Shown: positions 28,656-39,429 of the stretch, in pieces
Layout of the letters: each line of letters opens with the position of its first letter
Position numbering within the stretch: position 1 is the first letter of the stretch
NCBI GenBank assembly: GCA_046484125.1
Contig: JAWOBX010000036.1
Span: forward strand, 226-64,225
Reading direction: 5' to 3'
DNA: 64,000 nt
Source: Dehalococcoidia bacterium
GTDB taxonomy: Bacteria; Chloroflexota; Dehalococcoidia; SZUA-161; SpSt-899
Made by a program: the position numbers and the translations under genes
The notes under the pieces: model-generated
What the model was told of the DNA's origin: nothing
Database searches by the model: none
Seen by the model: the letters and a program-made list of their open reading frames with translations, nothing else

Positions 28656-29636
28656 ATGAACCAGCATGAAGAACAGCAGGTAATCCAGTGGAGCAAAGGA
28701 ATATCCGGAGAGATCCGGATTCAGCTAAATACTACCGGTGATGAGAGAAGCGGGGCGTTACGCGATTTCTGTGAAAAGCTGGAAACAATGGCCTCAAACG
28801 TCAGGGTTATAGAGAACGAGCCTGATCCCGGCGGATTGCCTTCTATTCAGGTCGGTAGCAATCTGCGTTACTCAGCGATACCGGCGGGTCCGGAGATGCC
28901 GCTTTTTCTGGATGCCCTCTCCTTACTGCATGGGGGAACCGTTCCTGTCTCTCAGGTTATTCGGGATAGAGTGGGAAGAATTGAAGAAGCGACAGGGGTC
29001 AGAGCGGTTATCACCCAGCAATGCCCGACCTGTCCCGCTGTAATACGGCAATTAATAACCCTCACCGCAATCAATCGGAAAATCCAGCTCGATATCATTG
29101 ACGCAATGCTGTTCCCCGAATTAGCGCAGGAACTCGACGTCCAGGGCGTGCCAACTGTATTTGTCGGTGAACGGTTTAGATGGACCGGCTACACCGAGCT
29201 GGAGGAAATACTTGACGCGATCACCGGCAATAAGCCGTCGGACTTCAGCGCCAACACGATCGATAGAATGCTGCAGGAAGGGAACGCCTCAGAGGTGGCC
29301 GAGATGATACTGGAGCAGCGGGAGGTATTCCCGGCCATAATCGAGCTACTGGTGGATGAAAAATTCGCCACGCGGCTGGGGGCAATGGCGGCCATGGAGA
29401 TGGTAACAGACCGGGATGTGAACGTAGCCAACCAGATTGTCGAACCGCTCTGGCGCCGTTTCGACCAGGTGATCGAACCCATGCAGATAGATATCCTGTA
29501 TTTAATCGGTGAAGCGGGGACAACGGAGAGCATCCCTTTGATGGAATCGGTGCTCAACGGTCCGCACCGGGAACATGTTAAAGAGATCGCTCAGGAGGCT
29601 ATTGACAGTATAAAAGAGAGGTATGCGTTAAGCTGA
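28656..29636 (+). CDS. Thioredoxin-like (CPTC) protein with C-terminal HEAT-like repeats
   Basis: CPTCP redox motif in a thioredoxin-like context. C-terminal alpha-solenoid repeats. Confidence 0.4.
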   Translation: MNQHEEQQVIQWSKGISGEIRIQLNTTGDERSGALRDFCEKLETMASNVRVIENEPDPGGLPSIQVGSNLRYSAIPAGPEMPLFLDALSLLHGGTVPVSQVIRDRVGRIEEATGVRAVITQQCPTCPAVIRQLITLTAINRKIQLDIIDAMLFPELAQELDVQGVPTVFVGERFRWTGYTELEEILDAITGNKPSDFSANTIDRMLQEGNASEVAEMILEQREVFPAIIELLVDEKFATRLGAMAAMEMVTDRDVNVANQIVEPLWRRFDQVIEPMQIDILYLIGEAGTTESIPLMESVLNGPHREHVKEIAQEAIDSIKERYALS

Positions 29637-29790
29637 GAGATGAATTCACCGCCTGGGTGCCCGCCGTTTTCCACCCATCCGTTAGCCTTAATGAACCTCT
29701 GATCAAACCCTTTAAATAACCCTGTCCCGGGGGAAGCCTGAACACGGGGGATGCCTCCACCGCCGAAGTTACTACTTGATTAAGGGTTCC

Positions 29791-30744
29791 TCAGATAAAA
29801 TCCAGCCAGTGATGGTATTTTTCATCCTTTCCATTAACGATGTCGAAGAATCTCGACTGGATTTTCTCTGTCAGCTCACCGCGGCCATTATTGCCAATGA
29901 ACCTTCCATCCACTTCTCTAATCGGTGTTATCTCCGCGGCCGTCCCGGTGAAAAACGCTTCATCAGCGAGGAAAAGCTCTTCCCGAATTATATCCCTGAT
30001 AACAACCGGAATGTTCATCTCCTGAGCGATAGTTATAGCCGCGTCTCTGGTAATACCGGGGAGGGCCCCCGCGCTTGGAGGAGGAGTTATGAGCGCACCA
30101 TCCTTGACAATAAAAAGGTTCTCGCCACTTCCTTCACAGAGCATTCCATGGGAATTGAGCATGATGGCCTCGTCATATCCGAGTCCCAGCGCCTCCTGTT
30201 TAGCCAGCACCGAATTCAAGTAGTGGCCGGCTGCTTTGGCATGCGGCGGTAGAGAACGGGTATCTATTCTCTGCCACGAAGAGACCATCACGCGAATTCC
30301 GTTCTGTATACCGTCATCGCCGAGATAGGCACCCCATTTCCAGACGATACAGGCGACATCGACCGGATTATTGGCGGGGTTCACTCCCATCTCTCCATAT
30401 CCGCGGAACGCTATAGGGCGAATATAGCACCAGGTATAGTTGTTTGCTCTCACCGTCTCCCTGCAAGCGTTACAAAGCTCGTCGAGGGAATAAGGGATAG
30501 GCATCAGGTAGATCTTGGCGCCGTTGAGCATCCGCCGCATGTGCTCCCTGAGGCGAAAAATCGCCGGTCCCCTCACAGTTTCATAACACTTGATACCCTC
30601 GAAGACGGCTGTTCCATAGTGGAGGGCATGGGTCAGGACGTGAATCCTGGCCTCGTCCCACGGTATAAGTTCACCATTAAGCCATATCTTATCCGCTTTC
30701 TCCATATTACCTTCCTCAGGAAAGCTCTGATAAACCCTCACCAT
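29791..30744 (-). CDS. ilvE: Branched-chain amino acid aminotransferase (fold-type IV PLP enzyme)
   Basis: WLNGELIPWDEARIHVLTHALHYGTAVFEGIKCY N-terminus and class IV aminotransferase motifs. Confidence 0.8.
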   Translation of the reverse strand: MVRVYQSFPEEGNMEKADKIWLNGELIPWDEARIHVLTHALHYGTAVFEGIKCYETVRGPAIFRLREHMRRMLNGAKIYLMPIPYSLDELCNACRETVRANNYTWCYIRPIAFRGYGEMGVNPANNPVDVACIVWKWGAYLGDDGIQNGIRVMVSSWQRIDTRSLPPHAKAAGHYLNSVLAKQEALGLGYDEAIMLNSHGMLCEGSGENLFIVKDGALITPPPSAGALPGITRDAAITIAQEMNIPVVIRDIIREELFLADEAFFTGTAAEITPIREVDGRFIGNNGRGELTEKIQSRFFDIVNGKDEKYHHWLDFI

Positions 30745-30824
30745 CCCTGATCGCGGGGGAATAAAGGATTTTACATTTCAGGAAGATCCCCGGCCCCCCA
30801 TAGTCACCACCTGTTCAGAGTTTC

Positions 30825-31520
30825 TTAGATATACTCGATGATTTCCGTCAGCGTGCTGATCCGTTTGCAGTCCACATGATCCTCAAACACACCGTCCCGG
30901 TCAAGCCAGAGGGGCGTGAGACCTGCCCGAAGTGCTCCGGCAATATCGGTGTGATACTGGTCTCCCACCATTATGACCTCGGCGGCTTCGGCCCGAGACC
31001 TCTTCAAGGCAGCTTCAAATATCTCCTGATGCGGCTTCTCAAAACCAACCTCATGAGATACTATTACAAAATCCAGATGAGAAGCCAGATCGAAACCGGG
31101 GCAGAATCGCTCAAGTGTTGTATCCAGATTGGAAACAAGGCCCACCGACAAACCGCGGTGGCGCAATTCCGTCAGGGCGGGTACGGCATCATCGAAGGGA
31201 ACCACCCCCGGGTTCTCGCTCCGCATCAAATGGAGCAACTCAAGGGCGAGTTCTCTGGTAACCTCCACTCCCGCCTCCCTCAGCCAGGTCCGTTCAAACT
31301 CAACAAATACCTCCAGCTTATCCTGAGGGGGACGCTTTTCCACTGGAGACTGCGAGCTTTCCCAGCTGAAATAATCATTGGCAGCCCAGAACCCGCGCCG
31401 CAGGTCCGTCCTCGGAATATCGATACCAAAACGCCTTAACGCCAGTTGCTGCCGTTCCTCTGGCGGTGGATCATGCCTGACCAGCGTATTCACCAGGTCG
31501 AAAAATACAGCCTTGACCAT
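30825..31520 (-). CDS. HAD-superfamily hydrolase (ORF open to 31583; start probably at MVKAVFFD)
   Basis: DxD-type motif I FFDLVNTLV and motif IV GDQYHTD. Confidence 0.65.
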   Translation of the reverse strand: MVKAVFFDLVNTLVRHDPPPEERQQLALRRFGIDIPRTDLRRGFWAANDYFSWESSQSPVEKRPPQDKLEVFVEFERTWLREAGVEVTRELALELLHLMRSENPGVVPFDDAVPALTELRHRGLSVGLVSNLDTTLERFCPGFDLASHLDFVIVSHEVGFEKPHQEIFEAALKRSRAEAAEVIMVGDQYHTDIAGALRAGLTPLWLDRDGVFEDHVDCKRISTLTEIIEYI

Positions 31521-31584
31521 TGTGCAACGGGACATATTATAGCATAATGAATTTGTAAAAAGGTAGGAAACGGATATACTCAAA

Positions 31585-31608
31585 AAAACAGCGTTTCAAA
31601 TATAAAGC
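31585..31608. repeat. Copy b of the intergenic motif AAAACAGCGTTTCAAATATAAAGC
   Basis: See 3913-3936. Located in the divergent HAD/NfeD promoter region. Confidence 0.5.
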
Positions 31609-31801
31609 CTTCATCGCGCGGGTAAAGGAAGCCCCGCATCCCACCAGGAGTCAGTTATCATGCCCCCTCAGTTCGCATCCCTCGAACTGAGGGGGCATGA
31701 TAACTAATTTTAAGTCGGCGGAGAACGCCAACACGGATTTGTTTCAATAGATATTTTTAGGATATAATGAAATCCATTAAAAACAGGGCGATAAATTCGA
31801 G

Positions 31802-33169
31802 ATGAGAAAGTACGCCAGGGCACTTATTTTTATCTTACTGCTGGTCGCGGGGGCTGTCTCACTGGCCAGTGCTGAATCAGAGTCTCCAGCGGTCCATGTA
31901 CTTAAGGTAGACGGAACCATTGTCCCTGTGGTAGCCGATTATATAGATCGCGGGATTGATAAAGCTGAAAAAGATGGGGCCTCAGCTCTTGTAATAGAGT
32001 TAAAAACGCCGGGAGGAATGCTCTCAACCACAGAAGATATTGTTGACCTTATACTCGAATCTCAGGTACCGATCGTGGTTTATGTCGATCGCTGGGCAGG
32101 CTCAGCGGGCACCTTCATTACCATGGCTTCGCACGTGGCAGCTATGGCTCCGGCCAGCCGGATTGGTGCCGCCAGTCCAGTATCCGGCAGCGGGGAGGAG
32201 ATTTCCGACACGCTCAAGAGGAAGTTGAATGAGGATACCGCCGCTCATATACGGAGCCTGGCTGACCTCAGAGGTCGAAACCAGAAGGCGGCAGAAGCCA
32301 CGGTGTTTGAGGCACTTTCATTCACCGACCAGGAGGCGCTGGGAATTGCCCCTCTTCCGGAGACACACCAGGAAGTACTGGGGCAGGATTCTCAATTACT
32401 TGATCCCCCGCTTGTCGATCTTGGAGCCCGTGATATCGAGGAACTCCTGAAAAAGATTGACGGCTGGCAGGTGGAGATTGGAGATCAACAAGTCACTATC
32501 CGGACCGAAGGTTACACGCTGGAGGAAAACGATATGAACTTTATCGAACGCTTCCTCCACGCCCTCAGTGATCCAAATATCGCATACATACTGCTGAGCA
32601 TTGGCTCCCTTGGAATAATACTGGAACTGTACAGTCCGGGAGCTATAATACCGGGAGTGGTGGGTGCTCTCAGCCTCCTGATGGCGTTCTATTCACTTTC
32701 GGTACTGAACGCGTACTGGGCAGGGGTTCTTCTGATATTGCTGGCGTTCGCGCTGTTTGCTATCGAGCTGTTCACAACCAGCTTCGGATTACTCACCACC
32801 GGAGGCATAGCCTCCCTGGTCATTGGTTCAGTAATACTCTTTTCGGGAGGGCCATCGATGAATGATCTGGGTGTGGACTGGTGGCTGATTGCCATCGTCG
32901 TAGCCATGATAGTCGCCTTTCTCATATTCGCTATTCACGCAGCGGTCCGTACACAGCGTGGCAAGCAACCCACCGGTACGGACGGAATGGCGGGTATGAA
33001 AGGGATAGTCAGGACAACTCTCAATCCAAAGGGAACCATACTCGTTCACGGGGAGCTTTGGGAAGCTATTCTGGATGAGGGAGAAGCCAAACCTGAAGAG
33101 GAGGTGATAGTAACGCATGTAGATGGGCTGAAGCTGCGGGTTACCAGGAAAAAACAGGAGGTGATTTAA
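31802..33169 (+). CDS. NfeD-like membrane-bound serine protease (ClpP-class fold)
   Basis: Signal peptide, ClpP-like protease domain, transmembrane segments and a C-terminal OB domain. Precedes the SPFH gene as in NfeD-stomatin operons. Confidence 0.8.
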   Translation: MRKYARALIFILLLVAGAVSLASAESESPAVHVLKVDGTIVPVVADYIDRGIDKAEKDGASALVIELKTPGGMLSTTEDIVDLILESQVPIVVYVDRWAGSAGTFITMASHVAAMAPASRIGAASPVSGSGEEISDTLKRKLNEDTAAHIRSLADLRGRNQKAAEATVFEALSFTDQEALGIAPLPETHQEVLGQDSQLLDPPLVDLGARDIEELLKKIDGWQVEIGDQQVTIRTEGYTLEENDMNFIERFLHALSDPNIAYILLSIGSLGIILELYSPGAIIPGVVGALSLLMAFYSLSVLNAYWAGVLLILLAFALFAIELFTTSFGLLTTGGIASLVIGSVILFSGGPSMNDLGVDWWLIAIVVAMIVAFLIFAIHAAVRTQRGKQPTGTDGMAGMKGIVRTTLNPKGTILVHGELWEAILDEGEAKPEEEVIVTHVDGLKLRVTRKKQEVI

Positions 33170-33919
33170 ATGATAGTTGCAATCCCGGTAATACTAATAT
33201 TTCTATTAATACTGGCTACTTCCGCCATTAAAATCGTACAACAGTATGAACTGGGTGTGGTTTTCCGCCTTGGAAGACTGGTGGGAACCCGAAAGCCCGG
33301 TATCCGGCTGATAATTCCCTTCATCGATACGATGAAGAAAGTGGATACCCGAGTCGTTACCATAGATGTCCCGACGCAGGAAATCCTCACCAAGGACAAT
33401 GTAACCACTCGGGTTAACGCGGTCGTCTTCATGAGGGTGATGAACGCTGAGAATGCTGTTATCGAAGTGTTTGATTACAAGCTTGCCACCTACCAGATGG
33501 CCCAGACAACGCTTCGAAGCGTCCTGGGCCAGCACGACCTCGATGAATTACTTGCTGAGAGAGACAAGCTGAATGAAAAGATCAGGAAGATCATTGACGA
33601 GGTAACCGATCCGTGGGGTGTGAAGGTGGTGGGTGTGGAGATCAAGGATGTCGAGTTGCCAGATAACATGCAGCGCTCAATGGCAGCGCAGGCGGAGGCA
33701 GAGCGCGTTAAAAGGGCAAAAATCATCCATGCCGATGGTGAGTATCAGGCCGCAGCCAAACTGCTGGACGCAAGCAGACTGATTTCCCAGGATCCTTCTG
33801 CCCTGCAATTGCGTTATCTCCAGACGCTTACAGATATATCACAGGAGAAGGCCAGCACAGTGATTTTCCCTCTGCCAATGGATATGCTCCGGGCTTTCAT
33901 GCCTCACATCAAGGAGTAA
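33170..33919 (+). CDS. SPFH/band-7 (stomatin-like) protein
   Basis: N-terminal transmembrane helix and an SPFH domain. Start overlaps the NfeD stop. Confidence 0.85.
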   Translation: MIVAIPVILIFLLILATSAIKIVQQYELGVVFRLGRLVGTRKPGIRLIIPFIDTMKKVDTRVVTIDVPTQEILTKDNVTTRVNAVVFMRVMNAENAVIEVFDYKLATYQMAQTTLRSVLGQHDLDELLAERDKLNEKIRKIIDEVTDPWGVKVVGVEIKDVELPDNMQRSMAAQAEAERVKRAKIIHADGEYQAAAKLLDASRLISQDPSALQLRYLQTLTDISQEKASTVIFPLPMDMLRAFMPHIKE

Positions 33920-34221
33920 ATATCTCTTAACCGGTTTTTTGTCACAAACTATAACCGAGAATACAGAGCGGACGGGAGCGTAAAGAGGGCCTGCCAGTTG
34001 GACTGTAATTGACAGCGTTCAGACAGTACGCGGGTGCCCTCGCTCCCGTCCGAGGTCAATTAAAGAGAGTTAAGGAACCTCCTGGAGCATGTGAGTGGCG
34101 ACCTTTGGGGGGTGAGGGCAGCGTTTTATCGAGGCCGCGACGAGACACGTCCCTACGAAATTCCGCCAACATTGAGGACTCACTGTTTTATCAGAGGTCC
34201 CTTTAAGAGGAATCTGCTAAT

Positions 34222-35223
34222 TTGGTCTGGATCAACTTTATAATTTGCGCCGCGATTGTTCTCATAGCGGGCACAAAGCTTTCCAAATACGGCGATGCCA
34301 TCTCAGAGAAGACTCATATCTCCGGAGCATGGATTGGGTTCCTGCTCCTCGCTACCATCACCTCCATGCCGGAACTTGTTACGGGTATAAGTTCCGTCGC
34401 TGTTGTTGAGGTCCCCGATATGGCCATCGGTATGGTTCTGGGAAGCAACCTATTCAACCTTGCCATTATCGCTGTTCTGGATATCCAGTCCGGCCGAACC
34501 TCACTGATTGCCGCCGCGAGCAGTAAACACATGCTCTCGGGAGCGTTTTGCATCCTCATAATCAGCATGGCGGGTATAGGAATACTTGTAAGTACGGAGA
34601 TAGCCGAGATCAGCGTTGGGGACTTCGACCTTTTCAGCTTTCTACTTCTGGCATCATACCTCATTATTCTCAGGGTAATATACAATTCAGACCGGAAACC
34701 GGGAATCGAGGCAGGCCAGCCCGAGCGGGAGTCCATCTATGGGAACATGTCCCTTCGGCGTACCTATATCAGTTTCGTTGTCGCTACGCTGGCTATAATC
34801 GGGTCAAGTATCTGGCTGGCCACTATCGGCGATGAGATCGTAGAGGAAACCGGCTGGGAGGCGGGCTTTGTGGGTAACCTCTTCCTGGCTGTAATAAGCT
34901 CATTACCGGAGCTCACCGTTTGTATGGCTGCGATCAAACTCGGGGCAGTGGATATGGCCATCGGGGACATACTGGGAAGCAACATGTTCAACACAGGGAT
35001 AATTATCGCGGCCTGCGATATCGCTTACCGTTCGGATTCCATCTTCGCTTCCACGTCGACCAGTCTGGCGTTGCCGGCGCTTACCGCTATAGCTATGACC
35101 TTAGTTGTTATGATCGGACTGAGACGCCGGTCCAGGAGGAAACTGTTTGTGGTAGCGGGCTGGGAGGCTCCTCTATTGCTGGGATTGTGGGTCGCCGGGT
35201 CCTATTTGCTCTTTGTTTTCTGA
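34222..35223 (+). CDS. Ca2+:cation antiporter (CaCA/YrbG family)
   Basis: Duplicated alpha-repeat signatures GSNLFNL and GSNMFNT. Polytopic membrane protein. Confidence 0.75.
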   Translation: MVWINFIICAAIVLIAGTKLSKYGDAISEKTHISGAWIGFLLLATITSMPELVTGISSVAVVEVPDMAIGMVLGSNLFNLAIIAVLDIQSGRTSLIAAASSKHMLSGAFCILIISMAGIGILVSTEIAEISVGDFDLFSFLLLASYLIILRVIYNSDRKPGIEAGQPERESIYGNMSLRRTYISFVVATLAIIGSSIWLATIGDEIVEETGWEAGFVGNLFLAVISSLPELTVCMAAIKLGAVDMAIGDILGSNMFNTGIIIAACDIAYRSDSIFASTSTSLALPALTAIAMTLVVMIGLRRRSRRKLFVVAGWEAPLLLGLWVAGSYLLFVF

Positions 35224-35245
35224 GTGCGTCCTGGCGGCACGCTGT

Positions 35246-36259
35246 TTACAGTTCCCTTCCTACCGCTTCGGCAAACAGGTGTAATTCTTGTACAAGACGA
35301 GAAAACTGTTCCGGATAAAGCGACTGGTGACCATCTGACAGAGCCACCTTTGGGTTCACATGAACTTCGATTAACAGTCCGTCGGCCCCACAGGCGACAG
35401 CGGCCCTGGCCATGGGAGCCACATAATCCCGTATACCCGTTCCATGGGAGGGATCGACGATTACGGGCAAATGACTGTGCTGTTTGATGAAAGGGATAGC
35501 GTTGAGATCGAGAGTATTCCTCGTGGCAGTCTCAAATGTCCTGATACCTCTCTCGCAGAGAACGACGTTTGGATTCCCTTCCGATACAACGTACTCAGCA
35601 GCGAGTAGAAGGTCCTCCACGGAAGCGGCCATGCCACGCTTTAAAATAACAGGTTTCCGGCTCTGGCCCACTCTCTTCAGCAGACGGAAGTTCTGCATAT
35701 TTCGGGCACCAACCTGGAATGCGTCAGCCCACCTTTCAACAGTAGCCACGTCCCCGGCCTCGACCACCTCGGTTAACGCGGGAAGGCCGGTTTTCCGGGA
35801 AACATCGCTTAAAATATGCAGTCCCTTCAACCCCAGCCCCTGAAAACTGTATGGACTGGAACGCGGTTTATAGGCCCCCCCTCGAATCAGGTGGGCTCCA
35901 GCCTCTTTTACCGCCCAGGCAGTATCCATCATTTGTTCTCTGCTCTCAACAGCACAGGGTCCGGCGATTATTGTGATCCTCTTTCCCCCTATGGGTACAC
36001 CACCCACTTCAACGATGGTATCAGCCGGGTGGAGATCACGGGCCACGAGCTTGTATGGGGTAAGTATCGGCGTGATTCGCTCAACCAGCGGATGGCTTTC
36101 CAGGTGGAGGCTTGCCAGTACCCGCTCGTCACCGATCGCACCCAGTACGGTCCTCTCGGTACCGGGCATGTAAAGCGGTTTTAATCCGAGACTATCGATT
36201 TGCGATATGATTTCATCGGCATCTCGCTTTGTGGCCGCCGGCTTGAGAATGATGATCAT
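35246..36259 (-). CDS. 3-deoxy-7-phosphoheptulonate (DAHP) synthase, class I-beta, with an N-terminal regulatory domain
   Basis: KDSR/DAHP synthase TIM-barrel motifs (GPCAVES, KRGMAA) and a ferredoxin-like N-terminal domain. Confidence 0.8.
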   Translation of the reverse strand: MIIILKPAATKRDADEIISQIDSLGLKPLYMPGTERTVLGAIGDERVLASLHLESHPLVERITPILTPYKLVARDLHPADTIVEVGGVPIGGKRITIIAGPCAVESREQMMDTAWAVKEAGAHLIRGGAYKPRSSPYSFQGLGLKGLHILSDVSRKTGLPALTEVVEAGDVATVERWADAFQVGARNMQNFRLLKRVGQSRKPVILKRGMAASVEDLLLAAEYVVSEGNPNVVLCERGIRTFETATRNTLDLNAIPFIKQHSHLPVIVDPSHGTGIRDYVAPMARAAVACGADGLLIEVHVNPKVALSDGHQSLYPEQFSRLVQELHLFAEAVGREL

Positions 36260-37462
36260 CTAACCACCCCGGGGAAATTGAAATGAATCACACAGCTTAA
36301 TTTCAAATATCAACGTGGAATTGGGCGGAATCGTTCCACGTTCCTGCTCTCCAAAGGCCAGTTGGGGAGGAATTACCAGTTGACGTTTTCCGCCAACCCT
36401 CATAGTGGCAATACCTTCTTCAAAACCCTCAACCATCTGGCCCTTACCGGGTTCGAATATGACGGGCTGACCCCGTTCGATTGAGCTGTCTATTTTGGTA
36501 CCATCTTCAAGCCACCCGGTATAATGGATCGCCACATGTTGATCAGGTTCGAGCAAGGGTCCGTCGCCCGCCTCGATATCATAGTATTTCAACCCGCTGT
36601 CCGTGACTTCATAATCTTCTTCACTGACCTGTGTCATGCTGCCCGGGGCCGGGACTGGAACAACCGATATCAGATCAACCTCGGCTATCAGAGTGGTGTC
36701 AGGTGGTATTGATTCACCCGCTCCCTGCTCTCCAAAGGCGAGTTCAGGCGGAATCACCATCTGGCGCTCACCCCCCACCTTCATAGTGGATATCCCTTCC
36801 TGCCACCCCGGAAACAGTTGCCCCGATCCCAGAACGGCTACAAGTGGCGTTCCCTCGATTTGCGCGTTGCCCAGCGACAAACCATCCTCTCTCCACAGGA
36901 AGTAATCCATAATTACAGCATCGCCATCCTGTGGGAGGCGCCCATCACCTGTTACGAAATCATAATATCTCAAACCGCTTTCAGTAACCTCATACTCAGC
37001 TTCATCCACTGAAGTCGGGGGCTCAGCCCGCTCCACGCTCAGCAACTCGACTTCAAAGATAAGAGTCGAGTTGGGCGGTATATTACCCCGTTCCTGATCA
37101 CCATAACCCAGTTCCGGAGGGATCACAAACTTTGCCCTGCCGCCCTCTTTCAACATGGTTATGCCTTCATCAAAACCCTCGATCACCTGTCCCAGGCCTA
37201 CCATGAAGACCATGGGCTGACCTGCATCCAGTGAGCTGTCAAATTTGGTGCCGTCCTTCAGAGTACCCGTGTAATGGACTTGTACAGTATCTCCCGGCTC
37301 GGGCTGGAGGCCGGTACCCTCTTCAAGTTGAATGTACCGCAGTCCGCTTTCGGTTGTTATACCTTCTTCTGTATCGGACTCTCCCCCACCGCACGCAACC
37401 GGGAAAGCAACCATCAAAGTGGCAAGCACAAGTCCTGCCGCCGCCATCAGCGTTTTCTTCAT
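36260..37462 (-). CDS. FKBP-type peptidyl-prolyl isomerase lipoprotein with three tandem FKBP domains
   Basis: Lipobox VACGG. Three repeats of the ...Y.G.L.DGT.FDSS....P....G.G.VI.G... motif. Confidence 0.8.
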   Translation of the reverse strand: MKKTLMAAAGLVLATLMVAFPVACGGGESDTEEGITTESGLRYIQLEEGTGLQPEPGDTVQVHYTGTLKDGTKFDSSLDAGQPMVFMVGLGQVIEGFDEGITMLKEGGRAKFVIPPELGYGDQERGNIPPNSTLIFEVELLSVERAEPPTSVDEAEYEVTESGLRYYDFVTGDGRLPQDGDAVIMDYFLWREDGLSLGNAQIEGTPLVAVLGSGQLFPGWQEGISTMKVGGERQMVIPPELAFGEQGAGESIPPDTTLIAEVDLISVVPVPAPGSMTQVSEEDYEVTDSGLKYYDIEAGDGPLLEPDQHVAIHYTGWLEDGTKIDSSIERGQPVIFEPGKGQMVEGFEEGIATMRVGGKRQLVIPPQLAFGEQERGTIPPNSTLIFEIKLCDSFQFPRGG

Positions 37463-37673
37463 CCTTCACCCCCCTTGTTAATGTCGCAGGTAAATTTTAG
37501 TCTCATGTGTTGACTATACAGAAAAAGCAAGGCATATTCAAACATGACGATCGTCCCTAAAAACAGCGCTTGATGGACTCTATCCCTGTGGGGGGAGGGT
37601 TTTCTCTGATCCTGGGGAATACGGAATATTTCGATTAATTGGCTACCCGCATGATGAAAGTAATCTTATTTGA

Positions 37674-37696
37674 AGCGCCGTTTCAAATACAAACGG
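37674..37696. repeat. Copy c of the intergenic motif (AGCGCCGTTTCAAATACAAACGG)
   Basis: See 3913-3936. Confidence 0.45.
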
Positions 37697-37790
37697 AATG
37701 ACACACTTTTGCTATACCAATGACGAATGTATTAAAAAGCAGCCCCCGTTTCCGGGGGCTGCTCTATGACCTTGAAAATATAACTGATAA

Positions 37791-38804
37791 CTAGGCTAAG
37801 CCTTCAAGTGCGTTATAATCCACGGCGTTACTGAACTGATCAAGGGAGGCCTTGGTATCAGCCTGGACGAAAACAACGAATCTTTCAGCCACAAGTATCA
37901 CGCGTGTATAATCGTCGGGCTTATCATAGATCTCCCATGCCTGGTACCCATTGAATGAGGTGGTTTTGGCGTAACCGTCAGAGGTTTGATAGTTGAAGAA
38001 CATTGACTCATCGTAAAGCTGGAACCAGGCGAAGCCATCGTAATAGGCAGAGTCATATATAGTTACATTAACGCGCTCGCCGCCGGAGATATTGTCATAA
38101 TCGCGGTCAACAAGGGTATAAGCATAACCACCCATCCCCGTCATGGTCATTCCGTAAGGGTCACCCCCGTCCCAGCCTGACGGCACAGCGGGTAATGCAG
38201 GGATCAACCGCTCGAAATTCAGTGGGTCCACCTCTCCGGGCGCAGGGACGTCACCACCAGTGGACGGGGAGGTTTCTACAGGTGTCGTTTCTTCGGGTAT
38301 TTCTCCACCCACGCTGCCACCATCTCCATCAGCACCCTGGCCCCGCCACATCCACAACATGGTCTCCCCTCCCTCTTCAACAACGCCGATATACGCACCG
38401 GTATTGCCGTTGTTTTTCTCCCAGTACCCATACCACATTTCGCCCATATCCATGGCCATCACCTTGTTCCAGCCACTGCCCGGCATCTCACCCTCATAGA
38501 AGCTGGCTACATCATCCATGCTGTCGCCCGTGGAGTAATACCTCCACTCGATCCTATCGAAATCCTCATCCTGGCCGACACTCGTGGCCATGGAGAACGA
38601 CTCTTCCTCATCAGCGCCGGGATAGACGGGAACATCCGCCCATGTAAATTCTCCCGAACCGGCAGGGGTTGTATCCTGCTCACCCGGTTGCTGCCAGGAT
38701 GTTTCTCCGGTTTCATCCCCATCATCACCGTCACCACAGGCAGCTATCGCTACACAACCGGCCATTAACATCAGAACCAATAGCAACGCCATTATTTTAT
38801 TCAT
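37791..38804 (-). CDS. Secreted lipoprotein, function unknown (acidic, Gly/Asp-rich)
   Basis: Signal peptide with lipobox IAACG. No recognisable domain. Confidence 0.5.
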   Translation of the reverse strand: MNKIMALLLVLMLMAGCVAIAACGDGDDGDETGETSWQQPGEQDTTPAGSGEFTWADVPVYPGADEEESFSMATSVGQDEDFDRIEWRYYSTGDSMDDVASFYEGEMPGSGWNKVMAMDMGEMWYGYWEKNNGNTGAYIGVVEEGGETMLWMWRGQGADGDGGSVGGEIPEETTPVETSPSTGGDVPAPGEVDPLNFERLIPALPAVPSGWDGGDPYGMTMTGMGGYAYTLVDRDYDNISGGERVNVTIYDSAYYDGFAWFQLYDESMFFNYQTSDGYAKTTSFNGYQAWEIYDKPDDYTRVILVAERFVVFVQADTKASLDQFSNAVDYNALEGLA

Positions 38805-38944
38805 ATTTTCTCCCTCTTAAATATTGATTCAATTTGCTTAAAAACGCGATTGACTGTTATAAGTGACCGTATGTTTTTGCTCCAGAAAACACCTCCGGGA
38901 ACAGGATCTACCTCATCTCTCTATTCGCCTACTCAACGCACAGC

Positions 38945-39346
38945 CTATATATGCCTTTCAGCAAAATCGCCGGCCCAGGGGATTTTGTACCGCTGGCCCT
39001 GGTATGCCTTGACCATCAGGAGAATCCAGAGAACAAGCGACAACAGGCTTACAATCAAACCTAGTGGCCAGAAAACGATATTCAGGACGATCATCAGCAC
39101 GTGAAGCGGGGCAAATACCGCAATCGACTGCATGGCATGAAAACGAACATACTGGTCTTCCTTTTCTATCAAGATGAATATCAGGCCGGTGAGCCATCCA
39201 AGCACGTAGCATAACAACCCGGCTATATTGGGTTCCAGACTGGTCCCGGTTTTGGCTGGCGCACCGGAAGGACCCAAAGATGCTCCACACTGCCTGCAAA
39301 AGCCGCTGGTTTCGTCATTTTCGGCACCACATTTGCTGCAATACAT
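38945..39346 (-). CDS. Zinc-ribbon plus DUF4870-like small membrane protein
   Basis: N-terminal CxxC-N12-CxxC zinc ribbon (CSKCGAENDETSGFCRQCG). DUF4870-like transmembrane core (YVLGWLTGLIFILIEKEDQYVRFHAMQS). Confidence 0.6.
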   Translation of the reverse strand: MYCSKCGAENDETSGFCRQCGASLGPSGAPAKTGTSLEPNIAGLLCYVLGWLTGLIFILIEKEDQYVRFHAMQSIAVFAPLHVLMIVLNIVFWPLGLIVSLLSLVLWILLMVKAYQGQRYKIPWAGDFAERHI

Positions 39347-39429
39347 GTTGCCTCCTTAACCTAATAGAAACACAATAATTTTGAGCTGGCTTGTCAGCCA
39401 GTATGTTCAAACATTCGTTCCTTAAATCG